From Dehalococcoidia bacterium UBA7891 (GTDB lineage Bacteria > Chloroflexota > Dehalococcoidia > Lucifugimonadales > UBA826), in NCBI GenBank assembly GCA_002500485.1, contig DLRJ01000062.1, forward strand, positions 577-64,576: 64,000 bases of DNA, in the 5' to 3' direction. The position numbers and the translations under genes are program-made. Position 1 is the stretch's first letter. Each line of letters starts with the position of its first letter. The notes below the pieces were generated by a model, which worked only from the letters and a program-made list of their open reading frames with translations, was not told the DNA's origin and did not search any database. Shown piece after piece: positions 38,414-47,834 of the stretch.

Positions 38414-39832
38414 CTATGCAAATTGGTAATCTACGGTAGATGCTGTCATCTGGATGAGATTATGAACTCCAGCAGAATCCTCTAATCCTTTCAGCTCTCG
38501 AGCATAATCTGTTAGGGATTGGTAGGTTTCATGCCGTACATTTACCGCCCCGAGCAAATCTAGGCACCTGTCTACTAATTCAGACGGATTGTCGTCTAAA
38601 TTTCCAGCTCGGCTCACCATCTCGGAGACTCCGGGTTTCGTAGGATCTGCAAACTGTTTTTCTACAAATCCTATCCTCTCACTCAACGTGCCCGAGTCGA
38701 TCCATTCGGATCCAGTATGCCAGCCTTCCACAGTGGGCGGATTCATAAGTCTTTGGCCCATGATAGCAAGCGGCCCCTCAATTGCAGATCCGTTAAGGGT
38801 GGTAACTGCAAACTCGTGAATTCCCGGGGTCGGAGTGTTGAATTCACCTGTTTGTTTAATAACCCCAACTATAAGTTCTGTGGGACTTTTCACTTTGGAC
38901 AAGGTCAAAGAATTTTTAAAAAAGTCAGAATTAAACAAGGTCTTTAATATGTGTCTCATATCCCCTTTGGATTCCATGTATGCTTTGGATAGTTCTTCGA
39001 TGGCCTGAGGGTTTTTAGGGTCTATTGTTTCCCATGAAGGTACCTGAACTTCATCTTCCACAAAAAAATTGTATAGATGCCGTGACAGGAATTTAGCTGC
39101 GGCATTTTGTTCGACAATGATATCTATTATGTCCTCGCCATCAAAATTACCAACATGGCCCAGGAATACTTTTTCATCATAGTCATGATCTTCAGGAAGG
39201 AATTCGAAATCAGCATGATGATGTCCATATGGGTAAAGCGATAATGGTTGCCTGAAAGTCCATCCTGTAAATGCTCTAGAAGCATTTTTTATGTCATTTT
39301 CGGTGTAATTACCAACGCCCATGGAGAACAACTCTAAAAGTTCTCTTCCATAATTTTCATTTATTTCATCTTTGTGGTTTTCATGATTGTCGAGCCAAAA
39401 AAGCATAGCTGGATCTTGAGACAGTTGGAGTAGGATATGTTTAAAATTTGTCAATCCAGTACTACGAAACATTTCTATTTCTCTGTATAAAGATGGACCA
39501 TGCTCACTCTTACCCCATGCGACAGGGAATATGTGATGTAAAAACAGGGACATTTTTTCTTCCAACGGTCTCTTAGTGTTGGCCATTCTGTAAAGCCATT
39601 TCCCGACATGAACAGCTACAGGTTCACCTGTATAGTATCGCTCAACATAAGACATATCGATTGGTTCAAACCTTTCTGGGGTCACCAAATCATCTATGAT
39701 TTCTTCATAAGATTTGTCAGATGTCAGGCTATCTAAATCTTGGGGGGTGGCCCCGAAACCTGCTCTCCTCATCAAGTGTGCTACAAGTTGTCTGTCTGAT
39801 TTCATAGCATTTCCCTTATAAATTTTCACCAT
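38414..39832 (-). CDS. DUF1800-family protein (paralogue of 5471..6919; no signal peptide)
   Basis: HLMRRAGFGATP, NENYGRELLELFSMGVGNYTENDIKNASRAFTGW and PPTVEGW. The start could also be the ATG at 39805. Confidence 0.75.
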   Translation of the reverse strand: MVKIYKGNAMKSDRQLVAHLMRRAGFGATPQDLDSLTSDKSYEEIIDDLVTPERFEPIDMSYVERYYTGEPVAVHVGKWLYRMANTKRPLEEKMSLFLHHIFPVAWGKSEHGPSLYREIEMFRSTGLTNFKHILLQLSQDPAMLFWLDNHENHKDEINENYGRELLELFSMGVGNYTENDIKNASRAFTGWTFRQPLSLYPYGHHHADFEFLPEDHDYDEKVFLGHVGNFDGEDIIDIIVEQNAAAKFLSRHLYNFFVEDEVQVPSWETIDPKNPQAIEELSKAYMESKGDMRHILKTLFNSDFFKNSLTLSKVKSPTELIVGVIKQTGEFNTPTPGIHEFAVTTLNGSAIEGPLAIMGQRLMNPPTVEGWHTGSEWIDSGTLSERIGFVEKQFADPTKPGVSEMVSRAGNLDDNPSELVDRCLDLLGAVNVRHETYQSLTDYARELKGLEDSAGVHNLIQMTASTVDYQFA

Positions 39833-39949
39833 TATAACGAAAGTGAAGATACTTTCTAATTCTAGAATGTGAGGCGTACGTTTCCGGTCTGTTTGATTAT
39901 CAACCCGCGCGGTACAATTATTTAGTTATTTGTAGAAATGAGGTAATCC

Positions 39950-41170
39950 ATGATAGATACTAACTTTGATGTTATAAAGATTCTTTCGGCGGGAGCTAAA
40001 GCTTTAGGCGCCGGCGCCATAGAAGAAAGTAGGTGGGAAATCCCAACTGATCATCCTGATCCTATTGATCTTGCAGTTGGAATGCCTGTACCTGAAGGGA
40101 TACCTATAGCATCTTTGGCGAAGCATTTCTCTAAAGTTTTATCTTCGGGTAACTATATAGAGATGGAGTATGAGTATGGTAGAGGGAAGATCGATTTAAG
40201 AGAACTGTTAAATGATCCAAGTAACGGATTCACCTCTCTGGCTCAAACTCCAGACAATTTCATACTTTTCAACGGTGGATCTGGGTGCATGGAAAGTTTT
40301 TGCGCAACTTTTTTAAATCCCGGAGATATCGTTTTGGTTGAAGGCCCAAGTTTCTCTGGCACAGTTGAGACTATCCTTAAGTATCAAGGTAAAATCATAG
40401 AAGTGGCAATGAACCCGGAAGGGATGTCCTATCAGGCTATTGAGGAAATAGTAGCGAGGTGCAAGCGAAGTGGGGAGATAATAAAGGGAATATACACCAT
40501 AGACGATTTTCACAACCCTACGGGTGTAACGATGTCTGAAAATAATCGTCGTATGATCAGCCGATTAGCCTTAGAAAATGGAATTATGATTTTAGAGGAC
40601 TCTACATATAGTGGGTTGTTTTTTGAAAATGCACCTCCCCTTGATATGTATTCTATGAACAGTGGGGAAGGGGTATTACGTATGGGCACTTTCAGCAAAA
40701 CTATTGCTACCGGGCTTAGATTAGGTTGGCTACAAGGTTCAACTGAGGCTATCGATGCCATTGGAAAAACCAGGTCTGATATGGGAAATGCTCCTTTCAT
40801 ACAGACGGCAGTAAGTAGGTTTATAGACTCATCTGAATATTCAAACCACGTGCAAAGGATGAGAGGGCTGTACAAGTCCCAGTGCAAAGCACTTGTTACC
40901 TCTCTGACCCAGCATTGCTCAAAGTATTTGGAATTTATTGAGCCTAAAGGGGGTTTTTTCCTCTGGCCAAAGTGTATAGGGGTTGATTCAGCGGCATTAA
41001 CAAAAGCTGCCGCTGAAGAAGGGGTAATATTCCCTGATGGGTCTTTGTTTTACCAAGATTCGGCTCTCCACGATAATCACATAAGGCTTGCTTTTAGTGG
41101 TAACTCTCCAGAAAAGCTGGGCGAAGTAGGGTTACGTTTGAGGAAAGCTTTTGAAAAATTATTGGATTAA
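39950..41170 (+). CDS. PLP-dependent aminotransferase, class I/II fold
   Basis: NPTG motif (DFHNPTGV). PLP-lysine context GTFSKTIATGLRLGW. C-terminal IRLAFS. Confidence 0.75.
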   Translation: MIDTNFDVIKILSAGAKALGAGAIEESRWEIPTDHPDPIDLAVGMPVPEGIPIASLAKHFSKVLSSGNYIEMEYEYGRGKIDLRELLNDPSNGFTSLAQTPDNFILFNGGSGCMESFCATFLNPGDIVLVEGPSFSGTVETILKYQGKIIEVAMNPEGMSYQAIEEIVARCKRSGEIIKGIYTIDDFHNPTGVTMSENNRRMISRLALENGIMILEDSTYSGLFFENAPPLDMYSMNSGEGVLRMGTFSKTIATGLRLGWLQGSTEAIDAIGKTRSDMGNAPFIQTAVSRFIDSSEYSNHVQRMRGLYKSQCKALVTSLTQHCSKYLEFIEPKGGFFLWPKCIGVDSAALTKAAAEEGVIFPDGSLFYQDSALHDNHIRLAFSGNSPEKLGEVGLRLRKAFEKLLD

Positions 41171-41289
41171 TATATTTCTTTGCTTATAAATACATATACC
41201 TGATGACCGATGATTTATTGTCTAGGTGACCTTCCCATTAATATCCGTTAAAATCCGTTCCCTAATCACTTAATAAGGAGTTCTATATC

Positions 41290-42048
41290 ATGGCATCTAA
41301 TGGAAAGGTGGCGCTAGTTACAGGCGCAGGTACAGGCATCGGTAAAAGTTCAGTGTTGCAGCTGTTGGGGGATGGCTACTCCGTTGTGTTGGCTGGCCGC
41401 CGAATAGAACCTTTAGAAGAAACTATTTCTGAAGCTGGCGTGGACGATTCAAGGGCTATCGCTATTCCTACTGATGTTGGTAACCCAGACTCCGTCGCTG
41501 CTCTTTTTGAAAAGGCTGAAGCTACCTTCGGCAGATTGGATGTTCTTTTCAATAATGCTGGTATTGGATCTCCAAGAATGAATATGGAAGATCTTCCAGT
41601 AGAAGACTGGCAACGGGTTGTCGATACTAATCTCACTGGTAGTTTTGTTTGTGCACAGCACGCCATAAGAATAATGAAAAATCAAACCCCCCAGGGTGGA
41701 AGAATCATAAATAATGGTTCGATTTCTGCTTATACCCCTAGGCCTGATGCCGTTGCTTACACTACGACCAAGCATGCTATTACAGGCCTTACAAAGCAGA
41801 TATCTTTAGACGGTAGGAAATACAACATTGCGTGTAGTCAAGTTGATGTTGGCAATGCGGCTACCCCTATGACAGCTAGGATGCAAGGCGGGGTATTGCA
41901 AGCAAACGGTGAAACGATCGCTGAACCGACTTTTAATGTGGATCATGTGGGTGAAACTGTATTGTACATCTCAAACTTGCCTCTAGATGCAAATATTCAG
42001 TTCGTTACGATAATGGCGACCCAGATGCCTTACGTCGGAAGAGGTTAG
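41290..42048 (+). CDS. SDR-family oxidoreductase
   Basis: [13 protein letters not shown] and YTTTKHA (YxxxK). Confidence 0.85.
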   Translation: MASNGKVALVTGAGTGIGKSSVLQLLGDGYSVVLAGRRIEPLEETISEAGVDDSRAIAIPTDVGNPDSVAALFEKAEATFGRLDVLFNNAGIGSPRMNMEDLPVEDWQRVVDTNLTGSFVCAQHAIRIMKNQTPQGGRIINNGSISAYTPRPDAVAYTTTKHAITGLTKQISLDGRKYNIACSQVDVGNAATPMTARMQGGVLQANGETIAEPTFNVDHVGETVLYISNLPLDANIQFVTIMATQMPYVGRG

Positions 42049-42079
42049 AAAACTAACGTATCAACAGTCTTTTTGTGTT

Positions 42080-44125
42080 TTAGGCTTGAATTATTTCTAA
42101 ATCTTTCACAGGGATGTGACAGTTTATTACATGGTTTTCATTAGCAGATGCTTTCTGTACTGGTGGCGCTTCTGTGTCACAGACAGATCCTAATTTGCGA
42201 GGGCATCGACTAGCAAAGAAACAGCCAGGGAACTCCTCACGCATAGTTGGGACGGCACCTTCTAATCTGAGTGGATTAGGTTTCGCAGAAGGATCTGGAA
42301 TGGGAGCTGCCGATAAAAGGGCTTCAGTATAGGGGTGAGATGGACTGCTTAGGACAGCCTCTGAAGGTCCGTATTCTGCTATGTGACCCGCATAGACCAC
42401 CATTATGTCATCGGAGACGTATCTCACGACCCCAAGGTCATGAGTTATGAAGAGATATGAATTGCCTAATTCCTGCTGCCGATCTTCAAGTAGGCTTAAG
42501 ACTTGAGCTTGTACTGAAACGTCCAATGCTGACACAGCTTCATCAGCTACTACTATTTCAGGGTTCGTAGCAAAAGCCCCAGCTATAGCAACTCTTTGTT
42601 GTTCTCCTCCACTAAGTTCGGATGGGAGTCTTTCCAAATAACTTGGGTCTAACCCTACTTCTTCCATTAAAGCTGCAGCTCTTTCTTCACTTCCCTGTTT
42701 AGTCAACTTTGAAAAACGCATAAGTGATCGGATTAGAGTCTTTTTTATTTTGAGTTTAGGGTTTAGGGAGGCAGTCGGGTTTTGGAAAACCATTTGTATT
42801 GCTGATTTGTCTTCGTTCGAGCGGTTTTCCACCGTTTTATCTAATTCATTGCCATGCAACTGGAGCAATCCATCTTGGGCCTTTATCAGGCCCACTACGG
42901 CCCTGGCGAGGGTAGATTTTCCAGAACCGCTTTCCCCTACGATCCCCAAGGTTTTACCTTGCGGTATTTCAAAATCTATCTTGTTGAGGGCTCTGACTGG
43001 TAAATCTATGTCAGGTCCAAAAGCCATATATTTCTTTCGTCGCTTTCCATATTGGTGTGTTATTTCATTTCCAGTTAACACAATTGGGCTGGCTACATCT
43101 TTGCGGCTTATTCTTTCTTCTACTCCTCCCCATGTATCAGGTTCGACTTTGTCGCTATGAAAACATCTCACTTGAGAGTCTTGACCGATAAATTCCAGAG
43201 CCGGAACAGATGTCGTGCATTCTGAATCTGCAATTGGGCAACGTTCCGCAAACAAACAAGAACTAACGTTGGCTTCCTGCGATGAATAAACAAATCCGGG
43301 GATTCTTTTTAATCTTGAGGAAACTTCTCCAGTTCCTGGAGGTTTAGGAACACACGAAAGAAGACCAGAGGTATATGGGTGCCTAGGAGAGGCAAATAAA
43401 TCATTTACATTGGATTGCTCAACCGTTTGGCCGGCATACATAACTGCGACTCGGTCTGCTACTCTGGCGATTACTCCAAGGTTGTGGGTAACATAAAGTA
43501 TCCCTGCGTTTACACGCTCTTTTAGGCTTGCCACGAGGTCTAGTATGGTTGCTTCAGTAGTCACGTCTAGCCCGGTTGTGGGCTCGTCCATTATTAACAG
43601 GTCAGGGTCACAGGCTAGAGCCATGGCGATCATCACTCGTTGTTGCATCCCTCCACTTAATTCGTGTGGATATCTGTCTCCCATTTGGTCTGCATCCGCT
43701 AACCCCACACTTTCAAATAACTCCACCACTTTTTCGTCTATAGCTGTCTGGTCTAGGTTTAAATGTTCCGAGATTACTTCCTGGACCTGAATTCCGACTT
43801 TCATAGAAGGATTTAACGATGTAGTAGGGTCCTGATATACCATGGCGATTCGGTTGCCTCTCAACTCCCTCAAATCTTCTTTGGATAGGGATGATATGTC
43901 CTTTCCCTCAAATGATATTGAGCCACCTGTCTCCGCCGTCGTTGGTAAATATCCCATTACGGCAAATGCCGTAGTTGATTTACCGCATCCTGACTCTCCT
44001 ACAATTCCTAATACCTCGCCTCTTGAAATCTCAAAAGAAGCCTCTCTTACGGCAGTAACCGTACCTCTAGGGGTGAAGAATGTCACTGATAAATTTTCTA
44101 CTTTAAGCAATGGTTCTTTATTCAT
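42080..44125 (-). CDS. Fused double-ATPase ABC protein of a peptide/glutathione-type (Opp/Dpp/Gsi) importer
   Basis: Two Walker A motifs (GESGCGKST, GESGSGKST). Two signatures (LSGGMQQR, LSGGEQQR). Two Cys-containing oligo_HPY-like tails. Confidence 0.85.
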   Translation of the reverse strand: MNKEPLLKVENLSVTFFTPRGTVTAVREASFEISRGEVLGIVGESGCGKSTTAFAVMGYLPTTAETGGSISFEGKDISSLSKEDLRELRGNRIAMVYQDPTTSLNPSMKVGIQVQEVISEHLNLDQTAIDEKVVELFESVGLADADQMGDRYPHELSGGMQQRVMIAMALACDPDLLIMDEPTTGLDVTTEATILDLVASLKERVNAGILYVTHNLGVIARVADRVAVMYAGQTVEQSNVNDLFASPRHPYTSGLLSCVPKPPGTGEVSSRLKRIPGFVYSSQEANVSSCLFAERCPIADSECTTSVPALEFIGQDSQVRCFHSDKVEPDTWGGVEERISRKDVASPIVLTGNEITHQYGKRRKKYMAFGPDIDLPVRALNKIDFEIPQGKTLGIVGESGSGKSTLARAVVGLIKAQDGLLQLHGNELDKTVENRSNEDKSAIQMVFQNPTASLNPKLKIKKTLIRSLMRFSKLTKQGSEERAAALMEEVGLDPSYLERLPSELSGGEQQRVAIAGAFATNPEIVVADEAVSALDVSVQAQVLSLLEDRQQELGNSYLFITHDLGVVRYVSDDIMVVYAGHIAEYGPSEAVLSSPSHPYTEALLSAAPIPDPSAKPNPLRLEGAVPTMREEFPGCFFASRCPRKLGSVCDTEAPPVQKASANENHVINCHIPVKDLEIIQA

Positions 44126-45045
44126 TACTTCTGACCTCGATCCTCAGGGAGCTGAAGGGATTGTCTGATACCGTCGGCGAATAAATTAACCCCTATGACA
44201 AGCGTGCCCATCGCGAAGGCGGGAGCCAAAGAGGCCCAAGGTGCTAGAGCTAAATGAGTTCGGCTTTCATTGACCATAAGCCCCCAATCTGGTGTTGGTG
44301 GCTGCACTCCGAGTCCTAGAAATCCTAGAGATGCGGTCAACAATAAAGCGAAACTGAGCCTCAGGCTAGCCTCGACTCCAATTACAGGGACTATGTTTGG
44401 CAAAATTTCCCTAAGCACGATGTGATATAACGGTTCGCCTCGGAGTCGTGCATTTTGAACGAATTCTAGTGGTTTTATTGTGAGAGCAGCACTTCTAATA
44501 ACACGGCTGTTATTAGGGGTAAATGCTATCCCTATCACAGCTATTATCAGCCACGACTCGTCTAGTGACGTTCTTTGCAGGCCGATCGTTATTAACAATA
44601 AAGCTAACAGCAAAGATGGGAAGGACAATAGAAAATCCATAGCCCTCATAGCTATTTGGTCAAACCATCCTCCTAGGTATCCGCTCGTGATGCCGATAAT
44701 AGTTCCAAGGAAAATTCCCAAAGCTGTACCTATTACAGAAATAAAAACTATAGATCTGGCGCCGGCTATGACCCTACTTAAAACATCTCGACCATTATGG
44801 TCAGTACCAAAAAAGTGATTTAGGGACGGAGATTCAAATCGATGGTCCAAATCGTATTCTGTCGGAATATAAGGCGTAAGCCATGGGCCAAAAATCACTA
44901 CGATGGAATAAACGGTTAAAATCGCCAACCCTATTCGGCCGCTGTTTGTACGAAGTGGTATTTTCAGAAGGTCAGTGATTTTCGCAAGAGTATCTACCAA
45001 CATTTGAACGGCCGTTGCCTTTCCTCTCAAAGTACTAGCATTCAT
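44125..45045 (-). CDS. ABC importer permease (OppC/DppC-like)
   Basis: Multi-TM protein with the family-5 importer permease layout. A 1-nt TAATG overlap with the ATPase gene. Confidence 0.8.
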   Translation of the reverse strand: MNASTLRGKATAVQMLVDTLAKITDLLKIPLRTNSGRIGLAILTVYSIVVIFGPWLTPYIPTEYDLDHRFESPSLNHFFGTDHNGRDVLSRVIAGARSIVFISVIGTALGIFLGTIIGITSGYLGGWFDQIAMRAMDFLLSFPSLLLALLLITIGLQRTSLDESWLIIAVIGIAFTPNNSRVIRSAALTIKPLEFVQNARLRGEPLYHIVLREILPNIVPVIGVEASLRLSFALLLTASLGFLGLGVQPPTPDWGLMVNESRTHLALAPWASLAPAFAMGTLVIGVNLFADGIRQSLQLPEDRGQK

Positions 45046-45046
45046 T

Positions 45047-45994
45047 TTATTGTCCTACTCTAACTCTAGGATTCAAGAGGCCGTAAAGTAGGTCCGCCGC
45101 GAGGTTCGCGAATGCATAAATAGCGGCTATGACTAGAGCTGTAGATTGAAGCAATCGCATATCTCGGGTATCGATGGCCATAATCAGTAGGCTTCCAATA
45201 CCTGGGTATGCAAAAACGAATTCAACAACAATGATTCCCCCAAACATCCATCCGACATTGTTTGCTATTACTGTAATAGTGGGGATCATGGCATTCGGTA
45301 AGACGTGCTTAAACACAACCTTTCTCATACTGAGGCCTTTTAATATGGCAGTCCTGACGTAATTGCTTTCCATAACCTCTATCACGTTGGCTCGAGCCAT
45401 GCGCAATATATAAGCAAATAAAGCCCCAGTGATAGTAAGGGTTGGAAGCACTAATATTTTGGGGGTACCCAGAATAGTTTCTCCAGGAAGCAAAATACTG
45501 GAGGACGGAAACCAACCAAGTTTGGTTGCAAAAACCATCATTAAAATGACACCAATAATAAATTCTGGTATCGAAATTGCAAGGAGACTCCCTATGCTGA
45601 GTATCCTGTCGAGTTTTGTGTCTGGTCTAATGCCCGCCAAGACTCCTGCAAGCAATGAGGTTGGAACCGCTATAAGGAATGCTACCGCTGCGAGTAGAGC
45701 AGAGTTCGGAAGTCTACTTTTAACCATGCTGTTAATGGTAGCACCGCCTCGAGCCGCCATTCCCAAATCGCCTCGTACAGCATTTTTGATCCACACGGCA
45801 TACCTTTCTACTGGATGCCGGTCAAGTCCCATGTTATGGCGCAGGTTTTTCAGGTTGCTCTCTGTGGCTTGTTGGCCTAAAAGGAGAGAAGCGGCGTCTC
45901 CCGGGAGAAACTCGGTAGCTGTAAAGATAGCAACAGAAACAAAGAAAAGAGTAACAGCGATAAAAGCTAGCCTTATGACGAGGAATCTTAGGAT
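45047..45994 (-). CDS. ABC importer permease (OppB/DppB-like), apparent non-canonical ATC start
   Basis: The tracked ORF begins at ATG 45832. The frame stays open upstream to a TAA and encodes ILRFLVIRLAFIAVTLFFVSVAIFTATEFLPGDAASLLLGQ, the canonical OppB/DppB TM1. AAGGAG (46008-46003) lies 9 nt before ATC (45994-45992). There is no in-frame ATG/GTG/TTG upstream of 45832. Confidence 0.6.
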   Translation of the reverse strand: MLRFLVIRLAFIAVTLFFVSVAIFTATEFLPGDAASLLLGQQATESNLKNLRHNMGLDRHPVERYAVWIKNAVRGDLGMAARGGATINSMVKSRLPNSALLAAVAFLIAVPTSLLAGVLAGIRPDTKLDRILSIGSLLAISIPEFIIGVILMMVFATKLGWFPSSSILLPGETILGTPKILVLPTLTITGALFAYILRMARANVIEVMESNYVRTAILKGLSMRKVVFKHVLPNAMIPTITVIANNVGWMFGGIIVVEFVFAYPGIGSLLIMAIDTRDMRLLQSTALVIAAIYAFANLAADLLYGLLNPRVRVGQ

Positions 45995-46044
45995 ATTATG
46001 AAACTCCTTGGCCTGAGGTTAAATGGGGCGGGTCACGTCAGCAC

Positions 46045-46075
46045 GTGATCTAGGATTGTTTCATACCTAGATCAC
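46045..46075 (-). promoter_or_regulatory. Intercistronic stem-loop between the binding-protein and permease genes
   Basis: Perfect 10-bp inverted repeat GTGATCTAGG (46045-46054) / CCTAGATCAC (46066-46075) with an 11-nt loop. It is flanked by an outer CGTCAG (46035-46040) / CTGACG (46079-46084) pairing. No T-tract follows. Confidence 0.45.
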
Positions 46076-46118
46076 CCACTGACGCATTCAACGTGTTACG
46101 TTTTGGATATTGGTGTAC

Positions 46119-47834
46119 CTATTCGGAACTCCACCAATCTTCCATAAAGGTCCAGGCATTAGGATGAGCTTGCACTCCTTGTACGTGGGTTCGATGTGCG
46201 ACTAGAACTGGGACATAAAGAAGGTAAACACTAGGAACCTCTTCTATAAGGATTTCCTGTATTTCTTTCCAGTAAGCTTTTCTTTTGTCAAAATCAATTT
46301 CAGTAGAGGACAGCTCCAATAATTCGTCCATCCTAGGATTATCGAAATACGACTCGTTCCAACTTCCACCACCCTTTAGGGCCACGCTAACCGCCTGGGC
46401 TGCTGGACGTCCGTTCCATGCGGAAGTAACAGCGGGTGTTCCTCCGGGCTGCATCCATATAGCTTCCCAGAATGTGGATTCTTCATGCTTTGTAACTTCT
46501 ATCTCAATGGGTAGATCGGTGGCTTCAACAGACTGTTCTACCGCGAGTGCCATCTCTAACATTTGGTTGAAGTCTGATGCATCAAGCTCAAAGCTTAATG
46601 GGTTAGAGTCGTTGTATCCAGCAGCTGTAAGATAGCTGCGGGAGAGTTCAATGTCTTGATTGCTGAGAGGTTGTTCATCCCAGTACATTTGGTCTGCAGT
46701 ACCTATTGGATGGTCGTTAGCATTAGCACCAAATCCATACGTTACTGCTTTTCTTACAAAATCTCGATCAATAGCGTATTGCAGAGCCTTTCTAGCATTT
46801 TTATCGCTGAAAATACTCTCTTCACGAGTATCCAAGACCAAGTTTCTGATTGTGGCAGAGTCGGTTCCGGTGACTGTGATTGAATCTCGCTCATTGAGAC
46901 CTTCCACCTGTGCCAAAGAGAAACTGCCGATTACATCGACGGCGCCAGATTTTATAGCCTCTATTCTCGTTGCTTCTTCAGGCATGTAGTACATGATAAT
47001 CCGGTCGTAGAAAGGTTTCCCTTCGACCCAATAACTATCATATTTATTCATTACGGTTCTTTCTGCTGGGTTATGATCACCAAGTGTATAGGGACCTGTT
47101 CCAAAGTCAGTGCTTGACTCCTGGAGTGTCTCCTGGGTTATGCCGTCAGGAACAATACGTGCATGATAGTCAGATATATCTTGAGGTAGATTGGTGTTGG
47201 AGCCTTTAAGCGTGAATATCGCTGTAGCAGCATCAGGAGTTGTTATCTCACTGATGTAGTCTATTTCCCCTAGTAAAGGGGACGCGGTTGTTTCATCCAT
47301 AATCCGGTCAAAGGTCCACTTTACATCAGCCGATGTTAGAGCGGATCCGTCGTGGAATGTGACTCCTTGTCTAACATTGATAGTGTAAACAGACAGATCG
47401 TCGTTAGCTGACCATGTTTCGGCTAGTCTGTTTACTATCCCACCGTCGTACCATGGTTCGGTGAGGTTGTCATATGTATGGTTACTGTATATGGCACTAC
47501 CTTCCGATAGTCCCATAATAGATGGGTCCATAGCACCGAAGTCTATAATTCCTAACTTCAAGGTACCACCATATTGCTGGCCGCCTGCCCCTGTTATAAC
47601 GGGCATTGGAGTAGCCACTACTATTACTTCTTTCTCAACTTCAACCTTAACTTCCTTGATGACCTCTTTTATTATTTCTTTTTCAACTTCAACTTCAACT
47701 TCAACCTCTTTTATGACCTCCACCTCTTTGATAATAGTCTCGCCTTGGCAGGCTGTCATAAATATAGAAAAAGCTGCGATTGATAGAATCATGAACGAGT
47801 TCGCGGTTCTATTGCCTAAAATACTTCTCAACAT
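46119..47834 (-). CDS. ABC importer substrate-binding lipoprotein, family 5 (peptide/nickel/glutathione type)
   Basis: A signal peptide ends in the lipobox-like FMTAC (Cys29). An E/K/V/I repeat linker follows, then a ~490-aa SBP_bac_5-like body. Confidence 0.85.
   Translation of the reverse strand: MLRSILGNRTANSFMILSIAAFSIFMTACQGETIIKEVEVIKEVEVEVEVEKEIIKEVIKEVKVEVEKEVIVVATPMPVITGAGGQQYGGTLKLGIIDFGAMDPSIMGLSEGSAIYSNHTYDNLTEPWYDGGIVNRLAETWSANDDLSVYTINVRQGVTFHDGSALTSADVKWTFDRIMDETTASPLLGEIDYISEITTPDAATAIFTLKGSNTNLPQDISDYHARIVPDGITQETLQESSTDFGTGPYTLGDHNPAERTVMNKYDSYWVEGKPFYDRIIMYYMPEEATRIEAIKSGAVDVIGSFSLAQVEGLNERDSITVTGTDSATIRNLVLDTREESIFSDKNARKALQYAIDRDFVRKAVTYGFGANANDHPIGTADQMYWDEQPLSNQDIELSRSYLTAAGYNDSNPLSFELDASDFNQMLEMALAVEQSVEATDLPIEIEVTKHEESTFWEAIWMQPGGTPAVTSAWNGRPAAQAVSVALKGGGSWNESYFDNPRMDELLELSSTEIDFDKRKAYWKEIQEILIEEVPSVYLLYVPVLVAHRTHVQGVQAHPNAWTFMEDWWSSE
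47619..47735 (-). repeat. Coding low-complexity repeat (E/K/V/I linker) in the SBP gene
   Basis: It encodes IIKEVEVIKEVEVEVEVEKEIIKEVIKEVKVEVEKEVIV. The DNA shows reiterated GAAGTTGAA-type units (seen on + as ttcaacttcaacttcaacttcaacc). Confidence 0.7.

Noticed and set aside
45429-46001. 190-aa plus-strand ORF opposite the OppB/DppB-like permease
   Set aside because: It is a shadow ORF of the permease gene. The minus-strand frame encodes clearly recognisable permease sequence across the whole interval.
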